From the NCBI GenBank assembly GCA_963665115.1, contig OY762007.1, forward strand, positions 2,432,001 to 2,496,000: 64,000 nt of DNA, written 5' to 3'. The translations under genes and the position numbers were made by a program. Positions 42,563-53,061 of the stretch are shown one piece after another (position 1 is the first letter of the stretch; every line of letters begins with the position of its first letter). The notes beneath the pieces are model-generated. The model did not search any database and was not told the origin of the DNA. It was given only the letters and a program-made list of their open reading frames with translations. This stretch comes from an uncultured Rivularia sp. (GTDB taxonomy: Bacteria; Cyanobacteriota; Cyanobacteriia; Cyanobacteriales; Nostocaceae).

Positions 42563-43144
42563 TCACCTTTTTACCGCACCCTTCAGCAGCAAAGCAATCA
42601 AATCTGCGACTAACTGGCGATCGCCTTTAACTCCATAGCGCTTAAAAGTGTAAAGTGCTTCAATGGAAGATATAAAAGCACCACCAATAAAACCTGGATC
42701 TTGCTGTAAATCATCTTGTAAATCATCGCGATATCTAGCAAACAACTCCTCAATCGGTGCAAACGCGCCTTGGTACATAGCAGATTCGAGTTGAGCGGCT
42801 TTATTAGTAGATAATTGCGGTAAATCGGTTAAAATCATCCTCCCCCCATTCAAAGGAGGTTGCTCGATTAACCACATTCCCACAGAAAACAAACAACTTT
42901 CTAAATCTGGATTTGCTTGAGCTATTAATTTTTTTAAAACAGCGCTACGGCGTTCTAAATGACGCAGCATTACCTCTACGTACAAATCTTCCTTTCCCAA
43001 AGGAAAATGATAGTAAAGCGAAGCCTGTTTTATACCCAACGCTTTGGCAATATCCTTTAACGTCACGGCAGTATAGCCACGAGAGGTAAATAGCTGCTCT
43101 GCGGTATCAAGGAGATTTTCTCGCGATGATTGCTGTTTACTCAT
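42563..43144 (-). CDS. TetR/AcrR family regulator
   Basis: LLDTAEQLFTSRGYTAVTLKDIAKALGIKQASLYYHF. Confidence 0.93.
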   Translation of the reverse strand: MSKQQSSRENLLDTAEQLFTSRGYTAVTLKDIAKALGIKQASLYYHFPLGKEDLYVEVMLRHLERRSAVLKKLIAQANPDLESCLFSVGMWLIEQPPLNGGRMILTDLPQLSTNKAAQLESAMYQGAFAPIEELFARYRDDLQDDLQQDPGFIGGAFISSIEALYTFKRYGVKGDRQLVADLIALLLKGAVKR

Positions 43145-43146
43145 AT

Positions 43147-43181
43147 TACCTAACTTAAATTAGGTAGATAGTTTTTGTCAA
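43147..43181 (-). promoter_or_regulatory. tetR promoter (TTGACA-N18-TAAGTT, likely leaderless) overlapped by operator TACCTAA-N6-TTAGGTA (43147-43166)
   Basis: Minus strand reads TTGACA...TAAGTT-AGGTAAT-ATG. Confidence 0.6.
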
Positions 43182-43391
43182 GACGATAAAAAAGTTTGTA
43201 GTAAGGGCTTCAGCCCTTTAATTTGAGGGCTAAAACCGCCACGTAGAACCCATTAATTAAATATAAATTTAGTTTACGCAAACATTCCTTAACAATCTTA
43301 ATATTCGTAAAGCACTCTTAACAATCGCGATAGTAAACATTCAAATTATGGGAACATAAATACAATCAACGTTGATATTTAGAATTTATAG

Positions 43392-44408
<1,017 letters not shown>

Positions 44409-44526
44409 AATATAATGTTATGTTCCCAGGCTTCGGTTTGGGAATGTATTTACAAAATCACACTTTTATATATTTATTGTAAAATGCCCATTTTTTCATA
44501 TGTCTTTAACCCAAACTACTATGTTT

Positions 44527-44887
44527 TTAAATAGGATTGCTCAAAAACACTAACTGATTCTCCATATCTTGGGCTGACTTTGTTGCAATCAATTTCAAAA
44601 CTCGTCGCATTTGCTCGCCAATCGAATATTCCTGTAATGAGATAATAATTCCAGCGTGAGTTCGACTTTCATTGATAAAAATAGTATGTAACTGGCAGAA
44701 ATCACCAACATTAAATGTGTAAAAAACTCGCTGTTGCTGTGTCGCAATAATCAACTGTTCTTCATCACTCAAGCTGATTGTACCAATTTCTCCAACCGTC
44801 ACGATATCTACTCCTCGCGCTCTCAAAGCCTGAACGAATCGCCGATCCATTGAGTCCCTCATCTATGAATAATCGAATTGGACTCAT
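44527..44887 (-). CDS. DUF5615 PIN-like toxin (+1 G at ~44857, probable error)
   Basis: Corrected start MSPIRLFIDEDSMD, SDEEQL, YTFNVGDF, HAGII; ATGA overlap with the antitoxin stop. Confidence 0.8.
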
Positions 44888-45171
44888 GTAAACGATCCCA
44901 TTTCTTTAGCTAATCTTTCATAATCATTTTTTTCAGAAGCAATATAAGCTTCAATCTCTTCTCTATTCGCATGATAATACGTCAGAGCCGCATAAACTTG
45001 CGCTAGCGTCACATTGCCCATACGCTCGACAATTTCCTCCGCATTCATCCCATTTTTGTACCAAACAGCTATACGCTGAACGGATATTCTAGTTTCAGCG
45101 ATGCGCGGACGACCACCGCAAATTCCTGCCGTGCGTACAATTAGTGTGCCAATGTCAGTAACGGCTTGCAT
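44884..45171 (-). CDS. DUF433 antitoxin
   Basis: ICGGRPRIAETRISV, LAQVYAALTYYHANREEI. Confidence 0.9.
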   Translation of the reverse strand: MQAVTDIGTLIVRTAGICGGRPRIAETRISVQRIAVWYKNGMNAEEIVERMGNVTLAQVYAALTYYHANREEIEAYIASEKNDYERLAKEMGSFT

Positions 45172-45351
45172 AGCTTATTTTTCCATTTTTGCTCTTATCA
45201 TAACCTGATTTAAACAATTTTATCGTTATGAAAATTGACCGATTACTTAATGTCTATCTAAACTATAATATTTGGTTAATGCCCTTCTATATCTTTTATT
45301 AAAAATCAATTTTTTCATACTTATTAAACTAAAACTACCTATAAAATAAAT

Positions 45352-45663
45352 ATGATTATCCGTCCTATTTACTACCGAATTATTGAACGTCGCGGTTATG
45401 GTTGGGCTTTTAAGCATGGAAAACCTTTTATTAATCTATTTAATGCACCTCGGCTTGAGCAAGAGGAGGATTTATTTTCAGTATTTAATACTTCAATGAA
45501 AAAAGTCGCGATAGAACTCTTTCGCATCAACGGTGGTAAACAAGGTTATTACATCGCCAATATTTTGGATAAAAAATATTACTATTGCGGTACTGAGTGG
45601 AAAGATGTGAAAACGAAGTTTCGAGAGTTAGGAATTGGTAGAGACAATCCAATCAAATCGTAG
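45352..45663 (+). CDS. Hypothetical protein
   Basis: 103 aa ORF with ELFRINGGKQGYY..L..KKYYYCG, cyanobacterial-type. Confidence 0.65.
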   Translation: MIIRPIYYRIIERRGYGWAFKHGKPFINLFNAPRLEQEEDLFSVFNTSMKKVAIELFRINGGKQGYYIANILDKKYYYCGTEWKDVKTKFRELGIGRDNPIKS

Positions 45664-45732
45664 TTTGCTTAAAACACTAGGATGAAAACCGCTATATTGA
45701 AAGCTTACAATTAGAAAAAATAAATTTACAAA

Positions 45733-46359
45733 ATGGCTTACAGCGATTTTAAATTAGCTCAAGTTATCCAATCTTTTGGGTTAACAGTTCATGAAGGCTC
45801 TAGAATATTCGCTGATTTCCCCGAAGAAAAATGTAGCGATTTGCTTAAAACTATTCTTAAAGAGAATGTAGATTTAGCGGTTGCTATTAATACAGAAAAA
45901 GCCCGTTCTGAAATGATAATTAGCCCAATACTGCTTGAAGTTCGGCGTAAACTTGATAACAAAATTAGTTTATTTTCAGGAGTAGATTTTAATGTCGATA
46001 GTACAAGAGGATTAAATGGCTTCTGCGATTTCCTTATTAGTCTTTCTCAAGAACAACTTTTCATCCGGGCACCTGCAATTACTCTGGTTGAAACAAAGAA
46101 TGAAAACCTTAAATCGGGATTAGGTCAATGTATTGCAGAAATGATTGCAGCACAGCTTTTTAATGAAATGCAAGGAAATAAAATTAAAACTATTTATGGT
46201 GTAATATCGATTGGAACGATTTGGCAGTTTTTAAGATTGGAAGATAATAATATTTTCATCGATCTAAGTGAATATTATATTCAAGATGTTGAAAAAATTT
46301 TAGGAATTTTAGTAAATGCACTCCGACAAAATTTAAAATTAAACCTTTTCTTTTGCTGA
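45733..46359 (+). CDS. Restriction endonuclease-like (PD-(D/E)XK) hypothetical protein
   Basis: MAYSDF, TEKARSE.IISPIL, GLNGFCDF, VETK, GQCIAEMIAA, GTIWQF. Confidence 0.75.
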   Translation: MAYSDFKLAQVIQSFGLTVHEGSRIFADFPEEKCSDLLKTILKENVDLAVAINTEKARSEMIISPILLEVRRKLDNKISLFSGVDFNVDSTRGLNGFCDFLISLSQEQLFIRAPAITLVETKNENLKSGLGQCIAEMIAAQLFNEMQGNKIKTIYGVISIGTIWQFLRLEDNNIFIDLSEYYIQDVEKILGILVNALRQNLKLNLFFC

Positions 46360-47526
46360 AGGTATCCCCAATTTATTTAAAGTAGCATCAATCTCTTCTA
46401 AAACTTGAAAATCTTCTTCAGGTAAAGTGCTATTACTACGTTTTTCTAAAAACGAAAATGCTTGTCTAAACTGATTTGGTGTTGCTTCTATTGGTGCATC
46501 AAAGTGACAAGGAATAATTCGTTTAAAATCCCACTTGGCAATCTTTTCTGCCCATGCGATTGTTTCTTCAGGTGCGCGATTCAGAATTAAAGTCTGTAAA
46601 ATTGGTGCTACGAATAACCTACCGTTACCTCGCAACGCTTCAAAACAACGCTGCCAATCATGCTTCCATTTGAAGGGATATAAGCCAAAATAAGCTTTTT
46701 TAGAACGTTCCGGAGCTTTAGCAGCATTGCGAAATACTTCCCCCCATTTTGGTACATCCAAGACGCTGGGACGAAAATATAAGCCAAATAACGCGATGCG
46801 CTGCCACCCTTTACGACGATTTTCGGGCGTATCTGCAATGATGTCAGTTGCTTTATCTCTAGCGTGGAAAAGTAAGGGGTATGTGTCTAATAAAGTAATT
46901 GCGGGAGGTTGTTCGGGTACGGAAACTATTGAGTCAGTAACTAAGAGAGTATTTGATGATTTATGCAACAATGCGACTTCCGCAAATCTACCAGCACCCA
47001 GTTCGATAGGGCCGAGAATTTCATAGTCAAATTGATTGCCGAAAGGTGTTTTGCTGCTGTCTTCTGGAAGTACTTGAGTGCGTTTTGCGGGTATGCCCAA
47101 CCAGCTTAGAGGAAGATTCACGGGAAAACTCCACTGTTTGGGTGCGACGAATATCTGTGAATCGGGAAAACGTCTGGCAAAAGGACCAACAAATACTTTA
47201 TGTTCTAAACCGGAGATAGTAGGCAAAATTATATACTTTACTCTACCGTGGGAAGCCACTAATTCCTCAACAAGACGAACGCATTCCGGCGTTGGTGCAA
47301 TTGGTGCATAAACCAGCAAACCGCCTTCTTTGAGCTTAACCACCGTCATGCGAATCGGGACAACAACGTAGAAAATGCCTTGAAGTTGGTCAAAAGTCCA
47401 AACTGTATCCTTAACTACTTCCTTACGGATGGTTCGCCGCTTACCGAATGGGTAAATTGGCAAAGTAAACCAGAAGTTCCATGAATAATCTTTGGAATTA
47501 TTTTGCTGTTCTAAGGTTTCAAGCAT
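46339..47526 (-). CDS. DUF4336 domain protein (metallo-beta-lactamase-like)
   Basis: VPIRMTVVKL, GLEHKVF, TLLVTD, RIIPCH. Confidence 0.85.
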   Translation of the reverse strand: MLETLEQQNNSKDYSWNFWFTLPIYPFGKRRTIRKEVVKDTVWTFDQLQGIFYVVVPIRMTVVKLKEGGLLVYAPIAPTPECVRLVEELVASHGRVKYIILPTISGLEHKVFVGPFARRFPDSQIFVAPKQWSFPVNLPLSWLGIPAKRTQVLPEDSSKTPFGNQFDYEILGPIELGAGRFAEVALLHKSSNTLLVTDSIVSVPEQPPAITLLDTYPLLFHARDKATDIIADTPENRRKGWQRIALFGLYFRPSVLDVPKWGEVFRNAAKAPERSKKAYFGLYPFKWKHDWQRCFEALRGNGRLFVAPILQTLILNRAPEETIAWAEKIAKWDFKRIIPCHFDAPIEATPNQFRQAFSFLEKRSNSTLPEEDFQVLEEIDATLNKLGIPSAKEKV

Positions 47527-47530
47527 TTTC

Positions 47531-47600
47531 AGGAGTAGGGAGTAGGGAGTAGGGAGTAGGGAGTAGGGAGTTAGGAGTAGGGAGTAGGGAGTTAGGAGTT
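47531..47600. repeat. STRR heptamer (GGGAGTA/TAGGAGT)n
   Basis: Directly visible; similar tracts at ~3940-3990 and ~58124-58153. Confidence 0.85.
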
Positions 47601-47954
47601 AAATTATCTAAGTATTGGTCACTGATTACTGATTACTTATTACTGCTCGCTGACAATAATTAATCTTTTTTCAATAAATTGTATTATCTCACAAACATCT
47701 ATTGAGTTAAATATTTAAGATTGCTTTGAAGTCAAAAATTCTACATCGAGTCAAAGGTAACTTTTTTTACGCTTAATTTTAACGGGTTGCAACCGCGTGT
47801 ATTTTTCAATAGTCTATGCTCGACTATTATTTTAAACAATCAAAATGCTATAAATAGTTCAAATAATTGACTATGTTTTAAGTATATATTTTTTTAAAGC
47901 TGTGATTTTTTCGATACAATATATAGAGAAATTCAGTGTTCAAAGTGAAGGCAT

Positions 47955-49016
47955 ATGATAGTAGGACAATCCACTCGTCAGAAAGTATTTGACACTAACA
48001 TTGAGAATTATCATGTTTTATTGACACCACAAGAAGTTAAATCAAAATTACCTTTAACACCGTCGGCGGAAGCAAATGTTTTAAAATATAGACAAGAGTT
48101 AAAGGATATATTAGATTTTCAAGATACAAGAAAATTTATCGTAATTGGTCCTTGTTCGATCCATAATACAGAATTAGCTTTAGAATATTCTCAAAGATTA
48201 AAGAAGCTTCAAGAAAAAGTTGGAGACAAATTACTGTTAATTATGAGGGTTTATTTTGAAAAACCTAGAACAACAGTAGGCTGGAAAGGTTTAATTAATG
48301 ACCCGGATATGGATGATTCTTTCCGTATCGAGAAAGGTATATTGACTGCACGGGAATTGCTTTTAAAAATTAACGAATTAGGATTGCCCGCAGGTACGGA
48401 AGCTCTAGACCCGATTATACCTCAGTACATCAGCGAATTAATTTCTTGGTCTGCAATCGGGGCACGTACTGCTGAGTCACAAACTCACCGCGAAATGTCG
48501 AGCGGGCTTTCGATGCCAGTCGGTTTTAAAAATGGTACGGATGGTAATGTTCAAGTTGCTTTGAATGCTCTACATTCAGCTAAAAATAGCCATCATTTTC
48601 TGGGGTTAAATCGACAAGGACAAGTCAGTATTGTTCAAACCAAAGGTAATGATTACGGTCATGTAATTTTACGTGGTGGTGGTGGGAAACCAAACTGCGA
48701 TCGCGAAAATGTAAAAGCCACCGAAGATCAACTCAAAAAAGCAGATTTAACACCAAGAATTGTGATTGATTGCAGTCACGGTAATTCTAATAAAGACTAC
48801 AAAAAGCAAGCTGGTGTTTTAGAAGATGTGGTAAATCAAATAGCGGACGGCAACACATCTATCGTGGGGATGATGTTGGAATCTAATTTACATGAAGGTA
48901 ATCAAAAGATTCCTGCCAATTTACAAGAGTTAAAGCATGGAGTTTCCGTGACAGATGCTTGTATTGGTTGGGAAGAAACGGAAAAAATTCTTTTGGCTGC
49001 TCACGAAAAGTTGTAA
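47955..49016 (+). CDS. aroF: 3-deoxy-7-phosphoheptulonate (DAHP) synthase, class I-alpha
   Basis: GPCSIH, RVYFEKPRTTVGWKG, AIGART, GFKNGT, DCSHGNS, SVTDACIGW. Confidence 0.93.
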   Translation: MIVGQSTRQKVFDTNIENYHVLLTPQEVKSKLPLTPSAEANVLKYRQELKDILDFQDTRKFIVIGPCSIHNTELALEYSQRLKKLQEKVGDKLLLIMRVYFEKPRTTVGWKGLINDPDMDDSFRIEKGILTARELLLKINELGLPAGTEALDPIIPQYISELISWSAIGARTAESQTHREMSSGLSMPVGFKNGTDGNVQVALNALHSAKNSHHFLGLNRQGQVSIVQTKGNDYGHVILRGGGGKPNCDRENVKATEDQLKKADLTPRIVIDCSHGNSNKDYKKQAGVLEDVVNQIADGNTSIVGMMLESNLHEGNQKIPANLQELKHGVSVTDACIGWEETEKILLAAHEKL

Positions 49017-49044
49017 TCAATAAACGGTGAATTTAGTGCACCTA

Positions 49045-49156
49045 CACCCTATAAGGGTGAGGCTATAGGAACAAAGCCTACCTGCGTAGGCTATAAAGAA
49101 AGATTCTTAGCCCACGCAGATGGGCTTTGTAATATTAGCCCCACCCTTATAGGGTG
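49045..49156. repeat. Symmetric four-hairpin dispersed element
   Basis: CACCCT-ATA-AGGGTG, AGCCTAC-CTGC-GTAGGCT, AGCCCA-CGCAGA-TGGGCT, CACCCT-TAT-AGGGTG; between convergent genes. Confidence 0.75.
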
Positions 49157-49173
49157 AGGGCTTTTTTTATTCC

Positions 49174-49956
49174 CTATTCCCTGTTCCCTATTTTCTTTTT
49201 CCAAGGAAATAATCCGCCAACTTCGTCACGATAGCGTTGATATTGTTCGCCATAGATACGAACTAAATCTCGTTCTTCAAGGGTTATTCCAATTAATATA
49301 TAAAATGTAAATGTTGTTGATAAAACGAAATGGTCGAGTTGCATATATGGAGTTGCCCATATACCTATAAGTATTCCTGTTTGGATTGGATGGCGATTGA
49401 AGTTGTACATCCAGCGTTTCATAAATGGAAATTCCTGATAAGTTTCTCCTTTCCAGTAAAGATATACCTGACGTAAACCAAATAAATCAAAATGGTTGAT
49501 GGCAAAACTTGCGAAAACAAAATAAATCCAACCGCAGCCAAATATACCCCAAATTAAATATTTTAGTTCTATATTATTAACCGACCAAATTGTTATTTGT
49601 ATAGGCTGCCAGAAGTATAATAATGTGGTTAAAGCAATAGCAGAAGAAAAGACATAAGTACTTCGCTCCGCTGCAACGGGTATTTTTTGCGTCCACCACT
49701 GTTTAAAAACTGGACGTGCCATGATGCTATGTTGCAGTCCAAATAAAAATACTAAAACTAGATTAATGCATAGTGCTAAAAAAATAGAGCCTTGATTTGA
49801 AGATATTGAAGCTAACGGATGCTTACCAGCACTGTAAAAAATCAAATATAGTATAGTCAACATTGCGATCGCGTAACTAACAACACCGTAGATAAGTACG
49901 AGAAATCGTTTACCTTGTGATATTTGAGTTAGCTGTTGTTTGTTTGGAAACGTCAT
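49174..49956 (-). CDS. mddA: Methanethiol S-methyltransferase MddA-like membrane methyltransferase
   Basis: FGLQHSIMARP.FKQWW..IP..ERSTYV, WQP, NHFDLFGLRQV, RHP, EERDL. Confidence 0.7.
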   Translation of the reverse strand: MTFPNKQQLTQISQGKRFLVLIYGVVSYAIAMLTILYLIFYSAGKHPLASISSNQGSIFLALCINLVLVFLFGLQHSIMARPVFKQWWTQKIPVAAERSTYVFSSAIALTTLLYFWQPIQITIWSVNNIELKYLIWGIFGCGWIYFVFASFAINHFDLFGLRQVYLYWKGETYQEFPFMKRWMYNFNRHPIQTGILIGIWATPYMQLDHFVLSTTFTFYILIGITLEERDLVRIYGEQYQRYRDEVGGLFPWKKKIGNRE

Positions 49957-50039
49957 TATATCCGCTCTGCTTTACCCAACCTATTACCATGCAAAGGTTA
50001 GATTTTAAGGTTTGTAGCGAGCGGTTTATTTTAAAAAAA

Positions 50040-50107
50040 AGTTCGTAGTAAGCGATTTATCGCCTCATGATTCGGAATTTGGAGGCGCTGAAGCGCTACT
50101 ACAAACT
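50040..50107. repeat. Inverted REP doublet (RAYT family)
   Basis: GTTCGTAGTAAGCGAT-TT-ATCGCC ... GAGGCGCTGAAGCGCTACTACAAAC. Confidence 0.8.
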
Positions 50108-50171
50108 ATGATTACCCGGCAAAATACTACGTTTTCCGGTTAGGAATTTTCTGTTACCTATGCCCTATGCC

Positions 50172-51067
50172 CTATTCCCTTCCTATCATCTCTTGAATAA
50201 ACCCAGGTAAAGCAAAAGCAGCTTTATGAATATCTGCATTGTAATAGCGTAAATTATGTTCTTTAACAAATTGAGTGGCTTTTTTTGAATCCAAATTATC
50301 AACGGGATGCTTGCCTTGTTTGGAACAATAAGTTAAACTCCACATTCCGGTAGGATACATGGGAATAAATACTAAATAACAATGTACCGAATCATTGCCA
50401 AAAACTTGTTTGAGACATTGATTTAAATCTGTAAAAGCCTTTTGATGAAAGATTGGTGATTCGCTTTGTACCGTTACTACTCCACCAACACGGAGACAGC
50501 GATATACATCTTGATAAAACGATTTAGTAAATAATCCTTCTGATGGTCCCCTACGGGATCTGAAGAATCAATTATTACTAAGTCATAGGAATTATCGGCG
50601 GCATTTTTAACAAATTCAATCCCGTCATCTATGAGTAAATTTAACTTTGAATGTTCTAAAGCTGAAGAAATAGTAGGTAAAAATTGCTTGGAAGCACGCA
50701 CCACCGCTTCATCAATTTCCACCATTGTGATTCGCTCAATTCCTTGGTGGCGAACTAATTCGCGAATCGTTCCCCCATCTCCAGCGCCAATTACCAGCAC
50801 ATCTTTGACATCGGGATGAGTCAACATTGGGACATGAGCAATCATCTCGTGATAAGCCGCTTCATCCGCTTCGGTACACATCACCATCCGATCGATAGTC
50901 AGCATTTTCCCTCTGTCGTGAGTATCAAATACTTCTACAGTTTGAAAGGGAGAGACTTCATGAAAAAGCCTTTCTCCTTTTAAACGAATAGATATAGCAA
51001 AATTTCCATTGCTATCTGTTACCCATTCGGTTGAACTGATTTTATTGGGTTGTTCTGAAATGGTCAT
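50172..51067 (-). CDS. speE: Spermidine synthase (indel at GGGG ~50549, probable error)
   Basis: SPFQ, DEAAYHEMIAH, VLVIGAGDGG, VEID, DSSDPVG then PSEGLF...QSESP after correction, YPTGMWS, YYNADIHKAAFALP. Confidence 0.9.
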
Positions 51068-51386
51068 TTCAATTTTGGATTTCGGATTTTGGATTTTAGA
51101 TTTTGGATTGTTCTCTGTTCCCATACTTCAAATAAAATATGTGAGAACAACTGTAGATGCGTGGTAGATTACGAATGCACCAACCAGGGATTAAGTATAT
51201 GATTTTATGGTGATTGATTCAATAGTTTTCTTTTTATAAAACGGGAAAATACAAAAAAATATTTGAGCCTAAATAAAAAAAGATGATTTATCAAATTGTA
51301 AACTTATAAATAAAATTTGATGATTTTTTTAAATAAAATATTTAATTTGCCTTTCAACTAAAAACTATTTATTACTATGAGTTCTA

Positions 51387-51497
51387 CCTTGGAATAAATT
51401 CCCAGGCTTATACATTAAGTCTTCTAAAGAAGACTGAACAAGGATTTCAGTACGTTTTAACGTACTTTGTATATTAGCCTTGAAATAAATTTCAAGG
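51387..51497. repeat. Symmetric four-hairpin dispersed element
   Basis: CCTTGGAAT/ATTCCCAGG, AGTCTTC/GAAGACT, AGTACGT/ACGTACT, CCTTGAAAT/ATTTCAAGG. Confidence 0.75.
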
Positions 51498-51683
51498 CGG
51501 GAAATCTGGCTTAATAAGAATGTTGCAAAATATTCAGTTTTAAAGAACTTATGCTATTTAAGCAATATACTTTGTTATAAACTAAATAAACTAAATAAAA
51601 TATAAAACCGCTATAAACGGACATTTTCTCAATACTTATAAACATTTAATATTATTTATACTACCCATTACTTATTACCTAAC

Positions 51684-53027
51684 CTAAAAAGGAATCTGAA
51701 TTAAAAATTCCGTTCCTTCTCCTGGAGAAGAAATACACTGCAAATTTCCTCCATGATTTTCAGTAATAATTTTATAGCTAATTGAAAGTCCTAAGCCAGT
51801 ACCTTTTCCTTCTGGTTTGGTAGTAAAAAAAGGTTGGAAAATATCATTCTTTACTGACTCTGACATTCCTTTACCATTGTCAGCAATTTTAACGGTAACT
51901 TGGTATTTATCTATAGTAGTTGCAATCCGGATATTGGGGTTTATGCAAGTACAATCTTTCCGGTTTAAATCTTGATCCTCAATTATTGATTCTTCTAATA
52001 TATCGATCGCATTAGCTAACAAATTCATAAATACTTGGTTGATTTGCCCCGGATAACATTTGACTTTAGGTAAAATACTATAATCCTTAACAACTTGAAT
52101 AGCGGGGCGTTTGGGATAAGCTTTGAGACGATGTTGTAAAATCATTAATGTTGCTTCTATCCCTTCATGAATATCAACTAATTTCTTATTTTCTCCATCG
52201 GTACGAGAAAAGTTTCGTAAAGACTGCATGATTCCTTTGATAGTATCGGTACCCAATTTCATCGATGACATTAACTTGGGTAAATCTTTGTCAATATGTT
52301 CTAAATCCATAACTTCCATTTGTTCTTTAACTTCGTAGCCGGGATTAGAACAATTTTTTTGAAAAAGTCGAACTAATAAAAGTAAATCTTCAATGTATTG
52401 GTTAGCATAATGCAAATTAGTAGAAATAAAACCTATAGGATTGTTAACTTCATGGGCAACACCAGCAACTAATTGTCCCAAAGAAGATATTTTTTCTGTT
52501 TGAACTAATTGTAGCTGAGTTTGTTTTAATTCATCTAAAGTTTGAGATAGTTCGGAGGTTCGCTCTTTAACTCGTATTTCTAATTCTTGCTTCTGCTTGT
52601 CTAATTCAATATTTAATTTACGCAATTTTAAATGTAGACTAATTCTAGCTAAAACTTCTTCTTGTTCAAATGGTTTAGTTATATAATCTACAGCACCTAA
52701 AGTTAAACCTTTAACTTTTTCTTCTGCCTCTGTAAGTGCGGTTATAAAAATTATCGGAATATCTCTGGTAGAAGGATTAGCTTGCAATCTCCGACAGGTT
52801 TCAAACCCGTCTATTTTAGGCATCATTACATCTAATAATATCAAATGGGGAGGATTTCTCTCAACTTGCTCAATTCCACTCGCACCATCCATTTCAACTA
52901 ATACTTCATAGCCAGCATTTCCTAAGACATCATGGAGAATTTCTAGGTTAGTTGGACTGTCATCAATGACTAAAATTGTTTCTAGTTTTTTATTAGAGTC
53001 AAACTCTTGCTCGTAAGATAAGTTCAT
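51684..53027 (-). CDS. Hybrid response regulator - histidine kinase
   Basis: ILVIDD, LLDVMMP, KPF; AHEVNNP, NLLANA, DNGKG, GTGLGL; ATG 53027 with GAGG RBS. Confidence 0.93.
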   Translation of the reverse strand: MNLSYEQEFDSNKKLETILVIDDSPTNLEILHDVLGNAGYEVLVEMDGASGIEQVERNPPHLILLDVMMPKIDGFETCRRLQANPSTRDIPIIFITALTEAEEKVKGLTLGAVDYITKPFEQEEVLARISLHLKLRKLNIELDKQKQELEIRVKERTSELSQTLDELKQTQLQLVQTEKISSLGQLVAGVAHEVNNPIGFISTNLHYANQYIEDLLLLVRLFQKNCSNPGYEVKEQMEVMDLEHIDKDLPKLMSSMKLGTDTIKGIMQSLRNFSRTDGENKKLVDIHEGIEATLMILQHRLKAYPKRPAIQVVKDYSILPKVKCYPGQINQVFMNLLANAIDILEESIIEDQDLNRKDCTCINPNIRIATTIDKYQVTVKIADNGKGMSESVKNDIFQPFFTTKPEGKGTGLGLSISYKIITENHGGNLQCISSPGEGTEFLIQIPF

Positions 53028-53061
53028 GTCAACCTCTTTATTTTCAAATAATTTTATAGTC

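Noticed and set aside
51068..51124. N-terminal extension of speE (NPKSKIQNPKSK)
   Set aside because: Translation of a TTTTGGA heptamer repeat; ATG 51067 is the likelier start.
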